The notes beneath the pieces were generated by a model, which was given only the letters and a program-made list of their open reading frames with translations, ran no database searches and was not told the DNA's origin. From positions 2,046,001 to 2,110,000 of the forward strand of contig OZ024747.1 of the NCBI GenBank assembly GCA_964016885.1: a stretch of DNA of 64,000 nucleotides, given 5' to 3'. The stretch is from Eledone cirrhosa. Its lineage: Eukaryota. Both the position numbers and the translations under genes were made by a program. This document shows, in pieces, positions 14,491-29,943 of the stretch (the stretch's first letter is position 1; every line of letters begins with the position of its first letter).

Positions 14491-15010
14491 TCACTATTTA
14501 ATTAATATTAATGTTGTTGATGTTGATACTTTTATCATCATTTGTAGTTGACAAAAAAACATTTTTTTCATGTAAACTAACTCAAACGAAGGATTCAATA
14601 CATGTTACCAGCAGATTATGTTAAAAAGTTTGATATACACTTTACATTTGTACTAGTCTTTCAATACATATATGTTTGTGTTGACAGCTTTCTCATGATT
14701 GCTATTGGTAACATGCAACCCCCTATAAACTGTTGTATATTTATGTTGTGTATGACTTAACAAGAGATCTCTTCAAGTCTGCTTTGTCTGTAGTGGGAGT
14801 ATTGAAGACCCTGATAAATGATAAACAAAACCCATCATTGGTCAAACAAACTCAGTAATATCAATGGTCAATGTATATATTTGTGTATATATATATATGT
14901 ATATATACAGGTTTCTGTAAATGTTCATGAGAGAAAAGTGAGATGTTTGTGGTCTCTCACCAGCATTGATTTTTGCTTGTTGCTAATTTAATGGCTTCAA
15001 ACATTTAAAG

Positions 15011-15056
<46 letters not shown>

Positions 15057-15273
15057 AGTTGATAAAACGACAGTAAGGTATTTAGATAAATATTTAAAGC
15101 TCAAATGTGGTTTATCTTATATCCAGAATAACAAGAGGTAAATACAATTGGTAAACTTCCAGTCATCTCAGATTTATAACCAAAGAAACAGTTCAACAGT
15201 TAATACATTATTTAATTGATCTACATGTTTCATTCTTTACAGATATTATTTACCATACCCTTATAGTAAGTAA

Positions 15274-15304
<31 letters not shown>

Positions 15305-15377
15305 TAATTATGTGCATAATTATTTGCATACACTGGTGTGAATTACGATACACACAAAACATACTCAGTACCATTAA

Positions 15378-15598
15378 CACTTTTGTTACAGTATTTCTAA
15401 TGAACCATTTGATTAATTAATGAAGTATTTGTTGAAATTTATTCTAGATTATTAATTATTTTCATTATTAAGATGGTATTATATATTCTTAAATAAAATT
15501 ATGTTTGAAAATTTTAATTTAAAGTGGAACTCTTTAGAATAGGAGGTTTTTTTTCATAGAACCAGAGACAGTTCTGGGTGAATTGGTATCAAATGGAT
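15378..15598. mobile_element. piggyBac-type MITE, diverged copy of 26547-26788
   Basis: ttaa-cacttttgttacagtatttctaatgaa ... ggtatcaaatgg. Confidence 0.5.
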
Positions 15599-16174
15599 TG
15601 TACAGTATATATAAATATCTGAATAACCATGAGAGTATATTAGATATATTGGCAGCAAATAGGTTGTTTATTGGAACAACATTTATTTAAAATAAAGTCT
15701 GTATGCTTCACTACTCAATATTTTTCATACTTAATCCTCAACTCTACAGATTCAGGTTTAGATAAATATATGTATACATACATTGACAAACACACACACA
15801 CACGGTTCTGTGCCCGAGCACACAGCACACCTGAAGTGAGAGACCTCTAGTTTTTGTTATGACATTATTCTAGAAGAAAAACTCTGATGTAAATCCTGTG
15901 ACTCAATGAGATCCCTTCTTTGGGGAGACCTGTTACTGTTATTCAGAGAGTGGTACTGGTCCAGTGCAAGGCCTTTCTTCACTTAAAAAAGCTTCAAGCA
16001 CAGACATCACTTGATTTAAATTACTTTCATGTATGTTGTGTGAGCATAACATTTTCTATTTTCTTTCACTGCAACATATGCAGAAAGGAATCTAAGTCAT
16101 GTTCATGCCACCCATGCATGAGAAAAACGTCAAGGAATGGCACTTCTCTGAGATGCAGCCATTATGTATGTATC

Positions 16175-16363
16175 AGGGTGGTGTATTGGCAGTATTGGTA
16201 GAGGGTCAGACGCCGTGCTTTGCAGCAAAGAGTTACGGCCCTTTATGGTCTGAGTTCAAATCCCGCCGAGGTTAACTTTGCCTTTCATCCTAACGGGGTC
16301 GATAAAATAAAGTACCAGTAATACACTGGGATAATTGTTGGCCTTGTGCCAAAAGTAGAAACA
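16175..16363 (+). mobile_element. tRNA-derived SINE, family A (full length)
   Basis: A-box TGGCAGTATTGGT, B-box GAGTTCAAATC, core ttaactttgcctttcatcc..ggggtcgataaaataaagtaccag. 14-bp TSD attatgtatgtatc. Confidence 0.9.
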
Positions 16364-16747
16364 ATTATGTATGTATCTCTTGGTATGTTTATTTGGATGC
16401 ATACTTTAAGTTTTTGTTAGTATTCCTTTATGTCCCATAACATAGAGGTTTGACAAATAGAAATCAATGAAATAAGAGCTTGAAATAATTGCTAGTATTG
16501 ATAGGATTGACTAAACTCTTGAAGGACGAGCCCCAGCATGGTTGCAGTCCAATGATTCAAGCTAGATAAAGAATAAATTACACAAACACACACATATACC
16601 TTCGTTATATATAAATACCTTATATAGTCATACCTTCGTTATATATAAATACCTTATATAGTGATACCTTCGTTATATATAAAACTTACCTCCACTTAAA
16701 CTATGAATAATTGCATGAAAAGAATCTAATATATATATATATATATA

Positions 16748-16951
16748 TTTCACATTGCTCCAGTTTACTCAGCTGTAGAAATGAGATGATAGGGACTGGG
16801 GTCCATATTCCACTGCAAAAAAGCACCCAGCACTCACTGTAAATGAGGTTCGTTTTAGGAAGGGCATCCAGCTGTAGAAATCAAGCCAGAATCAGTTCCC
16901 GTCCCACCCTTGCAAGCAGGGAAAAGCGGACGTAAAAAGATGATGATAATG

Positions 16952-16952
<1 letters not shown>
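16748..16952 (+). mobile_element. SINE family B, 5'-truncated
   Basis: Matches the 3' two-thirds of the 33977 copy. Confidence 0.85.
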
Positions 16953-17032
<80 letters not shown>

Positions 17033-17744
17033 GAAGTATAATCTAATTAAGAAGTTGGAACCTTATTGGATATATAAGAAATGAAACTAAAATGTAAGGT
17101 TTGCTTTGTAAGCTAGACATTGAAGTATACCACATATATATCATCGTAGCATTTGACTTTCAGCCAACATTTAACAAAAAGAAAAGGTTAAGCTAAATAA
17201 ATAAATATAATTGAGAAAATGTTAAAAAAATTATTTCTTATCAAAACACATCTTTTCAATAGTTGGGAAAATGTTAAAAAAAATACGGAGATGTTTGATG
17301 GGAAAAATAAAAAAAACCTCCCGAAAAAAACAAATATCTAATTCTGAAGAAATTTGCTAGGAATGTGTGAAGTAAAAATTGAAGGTGTTTAAAATGTCAG
17401 TATTAACATTTACATCAATAGCAGCAACAACAAGGTGTTGAAAAACTAAATAGTTATCAGAAACACATCTTGTTAATTGGGTGATATGAAGTCCCTGCCT
17501 CCCCCACCACCACTGCCACCATACTTTACAGAAACACAGAGAAAAACAGAAACAAAGAAAGAACATGAAAATACATACATACATGTGTGTGTGTGTGCTC
17601 ATACATGCATACGTGTGTGTGTGTGCTCATACATACATACATGTGTGTGTATACATACATGTGTGTATCAAACTCTTGCTAGCAGGGAAAGTGGATGTTA
17701 AATAATGGTGACGATACATATGTATATATATATATATATATATA

Positions 17745-17822
17745 CAGGGTGTCACCCAAAAATGTATACACATTATTATTAGAATGCTATTGAAGTGTGT
17801 ATACATTTTTTTGGACACCTTG
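17745..17822. mobile_element. Tc1/mariner-type MITE
   Basis: TA-cagggtgtcacccaaaaatgtatacac ... gtgtatacatttttttggacaccttg-TA inverted termini. Confidence 0.75.
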
Positions 17823-17975
17823 TATATAGACATTTGTATCTCTCCATTTGCTTCCTTCCCATACCACCGTATTATGTGCTGTACTGCTTCCAATATCACA
17901 CTTTAACCCTTTTTTTACACACTTTTGATTCTCACTTCTATTTATATTCTCTGTCTTGTTCGAAAGAATGGAGAT

Positions 17976-18258
17976 AAATATAGACTAGAGGACATTTTAG
18001 ACTGACAGGAGACAAAGGAACCTGTTGTGCTGGGGCAAGGTGGGGACAAATATAGACTAGAGGACATTTTAGACTGACAGGAGACAAAGGAAGCTCTGTT
18101 GTGCTGGGGCAAGGTGGGGACAAATATAGACTAGAGGACATTTTAGACTGACAGGAGACAAAGGAACCTGTTGTGCTGGGGCAAGGTGGGGACAAATATA
18201 GACTAGAGGACATTTTAGACTGACAGGAGACAAAGGAACCTGTTGTGCTGGGGCAAGG
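17976..18258. repeat. 72-bp tandem repeat, ~4 units
   Basis: aaatatagactagaggacattttagactgacaggagacaaaggaacctgttgtgctggggcaaggtggggac. Confidence 0.95.
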
Positions 18259-18371
18259 ATAAAATGTGCACAGGACACTCTGTAATGTGGTTGGTGATCG
18301 AATGGAAACAACTTGGGTAGTGAGGATTCTTAGACTTGCTGAGGGTAAGGCAACCTTTCTCGAGAATCTGC

Positions 18372-18607
18372 CAGGGTTGGATTTAGACCTTGGAGGGCCA
18401 GGGGGCACTTCAAGTTTGAAGATGGGGGGCGGGGCTCATACACAGAAAATTTGAATACACAGCAAACCTCACAATTTTACATATCAAAGTTAGCTTGGTG
18501 CAATTGGAATTGAAAAGTTTTACATACAGGTATTAAATTCAAAAATTCTAACCATTTTAAAACTAAAACGCCTAACTGAAGGTACAAATAAATTACGGTC
18601 GTCGTTG
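18372..18607. mobile_element. Truncated copy of the 40529-40830 MITE, opposite orientation
   Basis: cagggttggatttagaccttgg...ttacatacaggtattaaatt...aattctaaccat is the reverse complement of the 40.5 kb copy. Confidence 0.75.
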
Positions 18608-19597
18608 AAATTATTATATCTCCACTATAAATGTGGTTGGAGTTAGGAAGGGTATCCAGCAGTAAAAATTGCAGCCAAATTTACACCTCTGTCTGAGCAA
18701 GGTGCATTGTGGCTTATCTGGCCAGACTTGTCTCATGATGTGGATGACCCGTCTAACCCATGCAAATGGACGTACAATGATGATGATATATGTATATGTG
18801 TGTGTGTGTGTGTTAATGCTTTTGTTTATTACCAAGTTAAAAATGTATTCAAAATGAGAGTTTATCATTTTTGTTGCTTATTTCATTTTAAATCAGGAAA
18901 TCCACGAGTTATAAACTACTACTTTCATATTTTCTTTCTCAGTAAAAATATAAATAAATAAGAATTAGCTCAATTTTCTCAACAAAATCTTTAATGAAAG
19001 CTTGATCCCTGTAAAGAAAACAAAATGATCCGTTCATTTGTTTATTTATTTTTTAACTTCTTCAAGAATTTTAAGCAAAATGAAGGGAAAGAAAAAAATC
19101 CACTTGTCTATAGTGTATTGATTAGGATAAAAATTCTATCTAGAAATCTTTCTTTTTACACAAATTTAAACCTTGAAACCCACTTCCATCATCTTGTCTT
19201 TAAAATGTTGCAATCCGATCTTAATTCCATGTAATCCTCTTTGCTATACTTTTATTTCTAAACAGATATTAGCCAGCAGTCCTTTTTTATATTCAAGTCA
19301 GCTCCCTAGAACTTCCCTCCACACACACTTCAATTTAAGTGTGTACTTGCCTTGTCACATCCACAATAGTTGTTAGATCTGTGTCCAATAGAAAACATAA
19401 GCTTAATATCCTTACCAGAGATTCCTATCTAAATTAGATTTTTGGCAATTTTTTTTCTTTTTAGTTCTAAAAGTTGTGTGTAGGTGTGTATATAGACACA
19501 TCGATGTGTGCAGGTGTGTATATAGACACATCGATGTGTATTTGCTTCAAATTGTAATTGGTACATGTGTTTCTGTCTTTATGTACATGGATGTGTG

Positions 19598-21830
<2,233 letters not shown>

Positions 21831-22488
21831 TACATTTCATTTTCATTATAATATTCAATTGTTTAAGCTTATGTGCTTATATACACACACACACAAGAAC
21901 ACCCACACACATACACACAAGAACACCCACACACATACACACACAGTCATGCACATATACTCTTATATCTATTCTCTTTCCAATCTTGGAGGCAATTTAT
22001 AAATTGATATTGCTAGTTTACATTGGCATGTACATCTTGCGTATTTTGAATATAAAGTACAATACTTCAATTATGGCACCCCAAGATTTCTTCTCAATCT
22101 TAATTCATTTAGCACAATTCTTCTGACACAAGAAATAATTAAATTATGAAGGAAAGTGAAATTAGAAAGAAAACAAAATATGGTTGTAAAGAAAAGAAAA
22201 ACAGCTTTAAAAATAATACTAATAATAAATTAAAAAATAAATAAGTAGACTTATTTTACATAGATCTGTTTTGTAAAAAAGTAGAGAGAATAACATGTGA
22301 CTAGAATGTTGCATGAAAGGAAAGGCCAATGAACAAAGGAACCTACATGAGATGAATGATAAATTTGTTTACAAAAATGTAACACTGTAATCTTCTCTAC
22401 ATTGTAATCATATTATATATACATACATATATATATGTGTATATATGTATGTGCCTATATATATATACATTTATATACATAGTATATA

Positions 22489-22537
<49 letters not shown>

Positions 22538-22929
22538 ATATTTATGTATGTATGTATACATGCATGTACATTATTATTATTATCATTATTATATATATAT
22601 ATAGTGAGTGGGTGGCGTCTGTCATTTTAGTGTGTGCCTAGCTATCCTAGGTTGGGGAAATGTCGGAGGGGAGGGGCAATGGTTCAGCAAGCAAGGTGAA
22701 TCAGTGAAGGTTCACCCTAGCTTTCCATGTTAATGGGTTAGGGTTAGGTAAAGGGGGAGTGAAAAGCAGGAGAGAACCTGAGAGTTGTTCCGTCTCTCTG
22801 GGTTTTATATTGAGTAAAGGGAATCAGAGGCACTCTGGTGGAAGGTAAAACCTGAGTGTTGTACAACCTCACTGCTTTTGGGGTTTATGATGGAGGGGTG
22901 TAGGTAGTTAGTCATGCTCCATTTACTGT

Positions 22930-24050
22930 TTCATTCCTCTTGTGTGGGATTGTGAGTTCCCTCTATTACGATATATCACCTGTGTTTTCAATTTGGGGTT
23001 TTATCTTTCGTAAGTTTCAGCTGCATGTGGTTGGCCTTCACCCCATCATCTCACATTTTCATTGGTCTTTTCCTCCATGGTTTCCTTTGATTTGTATTTC
23101 TTTAGGCAGCTGTCATCCTTCATACACATTATGTGTCGCTACCAGTTCAATCTCCTCTTCTGCACACTGCACCTCATACCCCACCCCACTGAGGTTTTCT
23201 TTCAGCTTGTTGATGCTTCATACTTCATTTCTTTCCAATCTCCCTAACTCCTCTGTACACAAAACCCAAGTCTCACTCTCATGTAGCACTGCCATTTGTA
23301 ATGCTACATGGGAGAGACCCTTTATAGCCAGCAGCAATAGTAACTCCCTGAAGTTTTTCCAACTGGTCTTCACAGGCTACTATACTTTCGGAATATCTAC
23401 CCCTCACCCTACTGCTAATTTGGTCTCCCAGGAAGCAGAAGTTGTCAAATTGTAGGGAGCTATCTGAGCATTTGATGGGTTTGTTTCCTGTGAGCTCTTG
23501 TTGTTTACTTCTCCTGTACATTGGCCACACTTAAAGTCTACATTTTTTGCTAGTTGTCCATGAAGATGCTCAGTTTGGCAGTGTCATTGAGCACTGGCTA
23601 AAATGTGTTGTGATATTTGTTCTGACAATTGGGGCTCTGTGTTTAAGTCCTGCTAAGGTCTTTTTTACCCTTCATCTACTTGGGGTCAATAAAAATGTAC
23701 CAGCCCAGGGCTGTTACATCCTTCTCTCACATCCTGGATATTTTTCAAGGTCAAAAGTTAGTCAAGAAGCTGCTGTGTCTTTTCACAACTGCATGGCCAC
23801 CTATTGTCATCGTGGATTGTTAGTGATAGCTGACGTAGTTAAGTAGTCCATTGCTTATTTATTCATGTGACATAATTTTTCTGCCTCAATATCAGTTTAT
23901 AGTTTGGAAGTGTTTACATCTATAATCATTGTCATCCTCACTATGGCTTGGTGGGGTCCATGATATATCTCGACTCATTGAAGTCCTTGGTCAGCCCCTT
24001 TATGAGGCTCATCTTCTGGAGATCAACCGTCATCCTTTCTAGCCATGTCT
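22930..24050 (-). mobile_element. Decayed RTE-clade LINE, reverse-transcriptase C-terminal region
   Basis: Minus-strand peptides FDNFCFLGDQISS...SESIVA and RCSVQKRRLNW*RHIMCMKDDSCLKK match the RTE motifs F.YLGD.IS and RRLRW.GHV.RM. Stops and frameshifts present. Confidence 0.8.
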
Positions 24051-24556
24051 TTTTTTTGTCTTTTTTGCTTTTTTGCAGGCCCCTATTTTCATTCATGTAT
24101 GTATTTAATTAATGTTAGATAACATAACTAAGGAGAGAGAAAAAATAACACCAGAGTAATATTTCCTCTCCAATAAACTTATCAGCAATAAGATTTTAGT
24201 TACTTTCTACAAATGTCCTGTGCTGTAATGTATTTTAAACAGAAGAGTGTCAATTGAAAGCTACTTCAATCTTATGCCTATTAATCAAATGTTAAGCTTG
24301 TTCCAAAGATCTAACCCTTTGGATGGTATTATCCAGTGTTACGGTTTTATTCTCCAGTAATTTGAAGCTGATAATCATCAAACATATTCCATACATAAAA
24401 GAGACTCCTATAAATATTTTCTTCAGCTATTATAGCTTTAAGATTGCAATCATGAGCTAATACAATTAAATTTTGAAGAAATTCATTGGTGTTTTCATCG
24501 AACATTTGAAATTATGGAGCTAGAAGGTGCCTGTTATTTCATTGGTTGTTCTAGAT

Positions 24557-25386
24557 TAGTCATGGGTAACCCATGGCCAACCTGCGGCCTGCGAAGCTTT
24601 CTGAATGGCTCGCCTAAATCACCTAAGGGAAATCTTTCTGATTTTTTTACCCCAACTTTCCAGTTGTAATTTATCTTTCTATCATTTTTGCGATCAAGGA
24701 AAACAATGTGTACGAATTCTGAAGAAATAAAGCAAAACAACCTGAGTTACCACCCCTTTTTTTTAATGTGGGGACGAATGTAAATTAGCGCTTGCAGCTC
24801 GTCTGATGATGAGCCATATCTCATGTGGCCTGCCTGATAATGAGCCATATCTCATGTGGCTTGTCTGATAATGAGCCATATCTCATGTGGCTTGTCTGAT
24901 AATGAGCCATATCTCATGTGGCTTGTCTGATAATGAGCCATATCTCATGTGGCTTGTCTGATAATGAGCCATATCTCATGTGGCTTGTCTGATAATGAGC
25001 CATATCTCATGTGGCTTGTCTGATAATGAGCCATATCTCATGTGGCTTGTCTGATAATGAGCCATATCTCATGTGGCTTGTCTGATGATGAGCCATATCT
25101 CATGTGGCCTGCCTGATGATGAGCCATATCTCATGTGGCTTGTCTGATAATGAGCCATATCTCATGTGGACTGCCTGATGATGAACCATATCTCATGTGG
25201 CCTGCCTGATGATGAGCCATATCTCATGTGGCCTGCCTGATGATGAACCATATCTCATGTGGCCTGCCTGATAATGAACCATATCTCATTTGGCCTGCCT
25301 GATAATGAGCCATATCTCATGCGGCTCGTCTGATGATGAACCATATCTCATGCGGCCCACTTCTCGAAAAAGGTTGCCCATACCTC
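24557..25386. mobile_element. Non-autonomous hAT (Charlie-like) element
   Basis: Perfect 8-bp TSD TTCTAGAT (24549-24556, 25387-25394). Degenerate TIRs tagtcatgggtaacc / ggttgcccatacctc (11/15). gcggccc-type subterminal motifs. Confidence 0.85.
24800..25359. repeat. 31-bp minisatellite, ~18 units, inside hAT element
   Basis: ctgataatgagccatatctcatgtggcttgt. Confidence 0.95.
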
Positions 25387-26546
25387 TTCTAGATATTTCC
25401 GTGTGTATTAAACATTGTACAACCTTGAATGTCTACTCTGTCAGGTCCTATATGTAGAAGAAAACCTTGTGTTTGGATTAAGGTTAGTAGAGTTTGTGGA
25501 ATTTTGATTTCAGTAACTAATAACTTTTATATTGAGAACATTCCAGTGATAAAGAAAAGTCCAGATTTTGTATAATCAATTGAAAAGAGACATATCATCA
25601 GTTGCCATAGTAGCAAAAGACAATGTAAGGGACATAACTGTCTTATAGTTAAGTAGCTCTCGTCATAAGAAGGAAGGTAAAGGAATTGGCAGAGCTAAGG
25701 CATAGCAATTGCAAGCGATATACTGAGTCAATTCAATTAACTATATCCCTTTACTAAATAAATTGTCCTTATATCTAATTCAAAGAAATCTTTATATGCA
25801 GTAATCAGGATTAAGAGATCTGAGAAGACTATAAGATTCACTGACTCATACAGTTGAACAATTTATACAGGGTCTTTGTAAATGGTACTGCCCAACATTG
25901 ATAGCATTATAAAGAGAAAAAGAAAAGAAAAACATTTAAGATTTGATAGATAACGAGTTCATTTATATCTATCTATCGATCTATCTATCTTGTGGAAGTA
26001 GGAACACACAGATACAGACACAAATGTGCTGTCCAGGTGCACAGTTCATAAAGTCAAAATGGTGTAAAACAGAAAGAGACACAAAGTAACAAAAGTAATC
26101 ACTGAAGAGGTCACAGAATATGTGATGATCTGGTTATTAAATTAACCGACTAAACAATTAGTTATTTAACTAATAATAATAAATTATAATGAGGCTCAGC
26201 TGGTGCATGTGTTTTTATTGGCAGCATAACCCTCCCAAAGTATAACAATATATATTTTTTTCTTCTATTGGAATTGGTGTACAATACCACCATTGGTTAC
26301 AGGTTTCTAATGGGAAGTCAATTACTGGTTCACTGCATTTCCAATGGTGATAATGACAGGGTCTCTTCCTTGGTGCAGAACAAATATCAAAAGGAACTTT
26401 GTTTGAACGGAACCACTTTGGAAGGGGGGGGGGGGGGGTTTAATAATTACGAATTGACAAACTACATTGATTTAGATTTCTAAGACACTGAAAATGGTGG
26501 TATGTATCAATAAGGTCTCTATCAAATACAATTTGTCTAACTTTAA

Positions 26547-26788
26547 CCATTTTGTTACCATATTTCTAATGAAATACACTGCCAATATGTTTTAATTAAT
26601 TTGTAAAATAATCAAAATTTGAAGGAATTTAAAGTAACTTTTTAATAAGTAAGCTGATATTTGGAACATTACTTAACAAAAATGTCTAAATATAATTATG
26701 TTGGAATGTTTTATGACTGAATATTTTAAGATGGAATATTTTGTAACATGAAACCAGGTCAATTTTAGGCAGTTTCGTATCAAATGAG
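26547..26788. mobile_element. piggyBac-type MITE (second family)
   Basis: TTAA-ccattttgttac ... gtatcaaatgag-TTAA. A related copy lies at 15378-15598. Confidence 0.6.
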
Positions 26789-26992
26789 TTAACTTCCTTT
26801 TTTGTAACATTATTTAGGGAAGGAAAAGCAGTGGAAAAGATAAACCCGTGCTTTTTTCCTTGCCTGCAAGACTTTTGAGAGGAAGGGAGGAACTTATCCT
26901 TGTACTGGAGACTTGGCTCAGATGTTTGCAATAGTTTGAACTTTTTTAAAAGCACACAAGAAGAATGGGAACCAGGCGGGGGTGTTGAATTG

Positions 26993-27170
26993 GGCAACAT
27001 TAGCACAAGGCCAGCAATTTTAGGAGAAAGAGAAAGTTTATATTGACTCAAATATTTAACTGGTACTTTATCAATCTCAGATTGATGAAAGGTAAATTAA
27101 CCTCAGTGGGATTTGAACTCAGCTCACAGAAAGCCATACCTAAATGCTGTAAAGCATTTTGTCCAACACT
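26993..27170 (-). mobile_element. Diverged SINE family A just upstream of the large-exon acceptor
   Basis: gcacaaggccagcaatttt...actggtacttta...gatgaaagg...gggatttgaactcag. Confidence 0.7.
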
Positions 27171-27353
27171 AGCCACACTTTGTATCTATCGCCCTAATGA
27201 TACCAATGATAATGTCGATCAATTAAAGTTACTTTTATCAAATATTTTTACTTTTCTTTTTGATTAAAATATAAAATATATATATATCAGATACAATGTT
27301 TTTTTCTTTCATTTCAGATTTTCTCTTTGGATATTTTTTATTACATTAAGAAA

Positions 27354-29561
27354 ATGAGGATACACACATACATATTCCTCTTGTTACCAAACCTCGCCTT
27401 GTGCATAGATATTACCTACCATGTGGAAGAAGGTCAAAGACCTGGTACATATATTGGAAATATTGCTGCTGACATACAGTTAGAAAACATACGTTTAAAA
27501 GACCGTTCCTTGATTTGGTTCAGTCAACTAAAGGAGGGTATTAATAACACTCTGTGGTTGTTTAATGTTTCCAAAACAGGAAAACTTTACACAGCTCAAA
27601 CTTTAGATACTGAAGCTCTTTGCAAATACAACACTGAATGCTTCAGGTCAGTTGACATTGCTGTTCAAAATAAGGAGTCGTTTGTAAAAATTCTTGAAGT
27701 CAAAGTTGTATTAAAGGACATCAATGACCACCGTCCAGAGTTCCCTGAGGATCATGTAATGATAAAATTTTCTGAAGATGATCGTAAAGGGGTGAGACGT
27801 GCGATACCAAATGCTGTAGACAAAGATGTTGGGATTCAGAACTCCCAGATAGTTTACTGGATGAAGAATGAACATGGACAGCCATTTAGTTTATCAGTGT
27901 CCAAGAAAATAGATGGGACAGCTAAACTTGGAATAATTCTGGAGCAAAGTCTTGATAGGGAAATGGAGAATGAATATGAAATACAGATAATAGCCAAAGA
28001 CCAAGGATTTCCTCCTAAACAAACTATCTTAAATGTCCATATTACAGTAACAGATGTTAATGATAACCCACCACGTTTTGCTAAAAATGTTTATAATGTT
28101 TCACTCAATAATGGATTTAGAAAAAACAAACCTATCACCACATTATCTGCAACAGATTTAGATAGTGGTAAAAATGGTAAAATATCATATTATTTTGGTT
28201 CCAAAACATCAAACAGTGCTAAATCTTATTTCAAATTAGTTAAAGAAACAGGTGAGATTTTCCTTATCCAAAAATATTTCTCAAGATCCAAAAAAAATCA
28301 CAAATTGTTCATTGAAGCCGTTGATGGTGGTATTCCACCTTTAAGTTCTACAGCAATGGTTTTAGTAAATATCATAAACCAACAAAATAACATCCCGAAA
28401 ATTGAAGTAAAATTTGTTTCTCAATCTTCTGGAAATAAATTGACGATATCTGAAGGGATAAAAGTTGGCAGTTTTATTGCCTTTGTTAAGATTATAGATG
28501 ACGACATTGGTTTGAATGGAGAAGTCGACTGTTTTCTTCATCATGACAAACTTCAACTTCAGAGTTTGGGTAAAATGAAATACAAGGTTATAGTTAAAAG
28601 CCAAATTGATAGAGAAACTGAAAGCCACATTGAATTTGATATAACTTGCAAAGATAAAGGCTCTCCTTCATTACAAACTCAGAGCCAATTTTCAATTGAA
28701 GTCGTGGATGTTAATGATGTAAGGCCAAAATTTACTAAAGCCACATTCAAATTTCTGGCCTATGAAAATGAAAAATCAAACTTTCTTGTTGGATTTATAA
28801 ATGCCACTGATCCAGACTTGGGACCAGAAAATAAACTTTATTATTCTCTCTTCAGTAAGGATCAATATGTTCTTCCTTTTGAAATTTCAGACTTTGGATT
28901 TATTTCGACAACACAATCTTTAGATCGTGAACAACAAGAGATCTATGAATTTCAGGTTTCAGTGAAAGACAGTGGAATACCATCATTAAACAACACTGCA
29001 AATGTTATTGTTAAAGTCATGGATGAGAATGACAATGTTCCATATTTCACCTTCCCCAGTGTTAACCCTTTCAGTTTAGATGTCCACTATCATCCACAAA
29101 TTAACAAAGACATCACAGTATTAAGAGCCTCTGACAGAGACAGTCATGTGAATGCTTTCCTCACATACGAAATTGTCAAAGGCAATGACAAACAGTTGTT
29201 TAATGTAAACCCACATTCTGGAGTATTGTCTTTCTCTCGTCCAGTTTACCAAAATGATGCTGGGTCATATGACCTAAAATTTGTAGTGAAGGATAGTGGT
29301 ACTCCAGTATTATCAGCCACCACTACAGTATTTCTAATGTTAACAGTCAGTAACAGTACTTCACAACTTTATACAGCTCAACATACTGAGTCAGATGACA
29401 TGATACATATCAGTTTAGTAGTAATAATTGTAATAGCAGCTGTGATAATATCTACAGCTATTGTAGTCTCTATAATAGTCTGCATTGTTCAAAGACAGAA
29501 TCAGAGAGATGTTCAATATGGATACCGAATTGATGCAAATAATGATTTAGTTGGAGAACGA
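27354..29561 (+). CDS. Pcdh: Protocadherin, large ectodomain exon (signal peptide, EC1-EC6, TM, start of cytoplasmic tail); 3' end lost in assembly gap
   Basis: 736 uninterrupted codons from ATG 27354 (MRIHTYIFLLLPNLALC signal peptide). Cadherin motifs DINDHRPEF, LDRE, DVNDNPPRF, IDRE, DVNDVRPKF, LDRE, DENDNVPYF and AxDxD. EC1 has the C-X5-C motif (CKYNTEC). TM is ISLVVIIVIAAVIISTAIVVSIIVCIV. Polypyrimidine acceptor ttttctttcatttcag ends at 27317. Symbol is family-level only. Confidence 0.97.
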
Positions 29562-29761
29562 NNNNNNNNNNNNNNNNNNNNNNNNNNNNNNNNNNNNNNN
29601 NNNNNNNNNNNNNNNNNNNNNNNNNNNNNNNNNNNNNNNNNNNNNNNNNNNNNNNNNNNNNNNNNNNNNNNNNNNNNNNNNNNNNNNNNNNNNNNNNNNN
29701 NNNNNNNNNNNNNNNNNNNNNNNNNNNNNNNNNNNNNNNNNNNNNNNNNNNNNNNNNNNNN
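29562..29761. other. Assembly gap (200 N)
   Basis: Exactly 200 N interrupting the protocadherin ORF. Confidence 1.
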
Positions 29762-29897
29762 CTTAGAACTACTGTTATAAACAATACAACTGTGTTGGAG
29801 TGTTAACGTGCCTTTATCAATGAAACAATGTTTACTTTTAGAAAACTTTATTTCTTGAGAAAACTGTATTTATACTTCATTTCTATGTGATTGTCAT

Positions 29898-29943
<46 letters not shown>

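Noticed and set aside
24079-24096. 18-nt micro-exon after a strong polypyrimidine acceptor
   Set aside because: Weak donor context, at the edge of an RTE fragment, with no other support.
24800-25359. CRISPR-like or hammerhead array (palindromic 31-bp units starting CTGATGA/CTGATAA)
   Set aside because: No unique spacers, no cas genes and no GAAA box. It lies inside a hAT element with a TSD.
27327-27353. Track start (TTG 27327) for the protocadherin
   Set aside because: Eukaryotic gene; ATG 27354 directly precedes the signal peptide.
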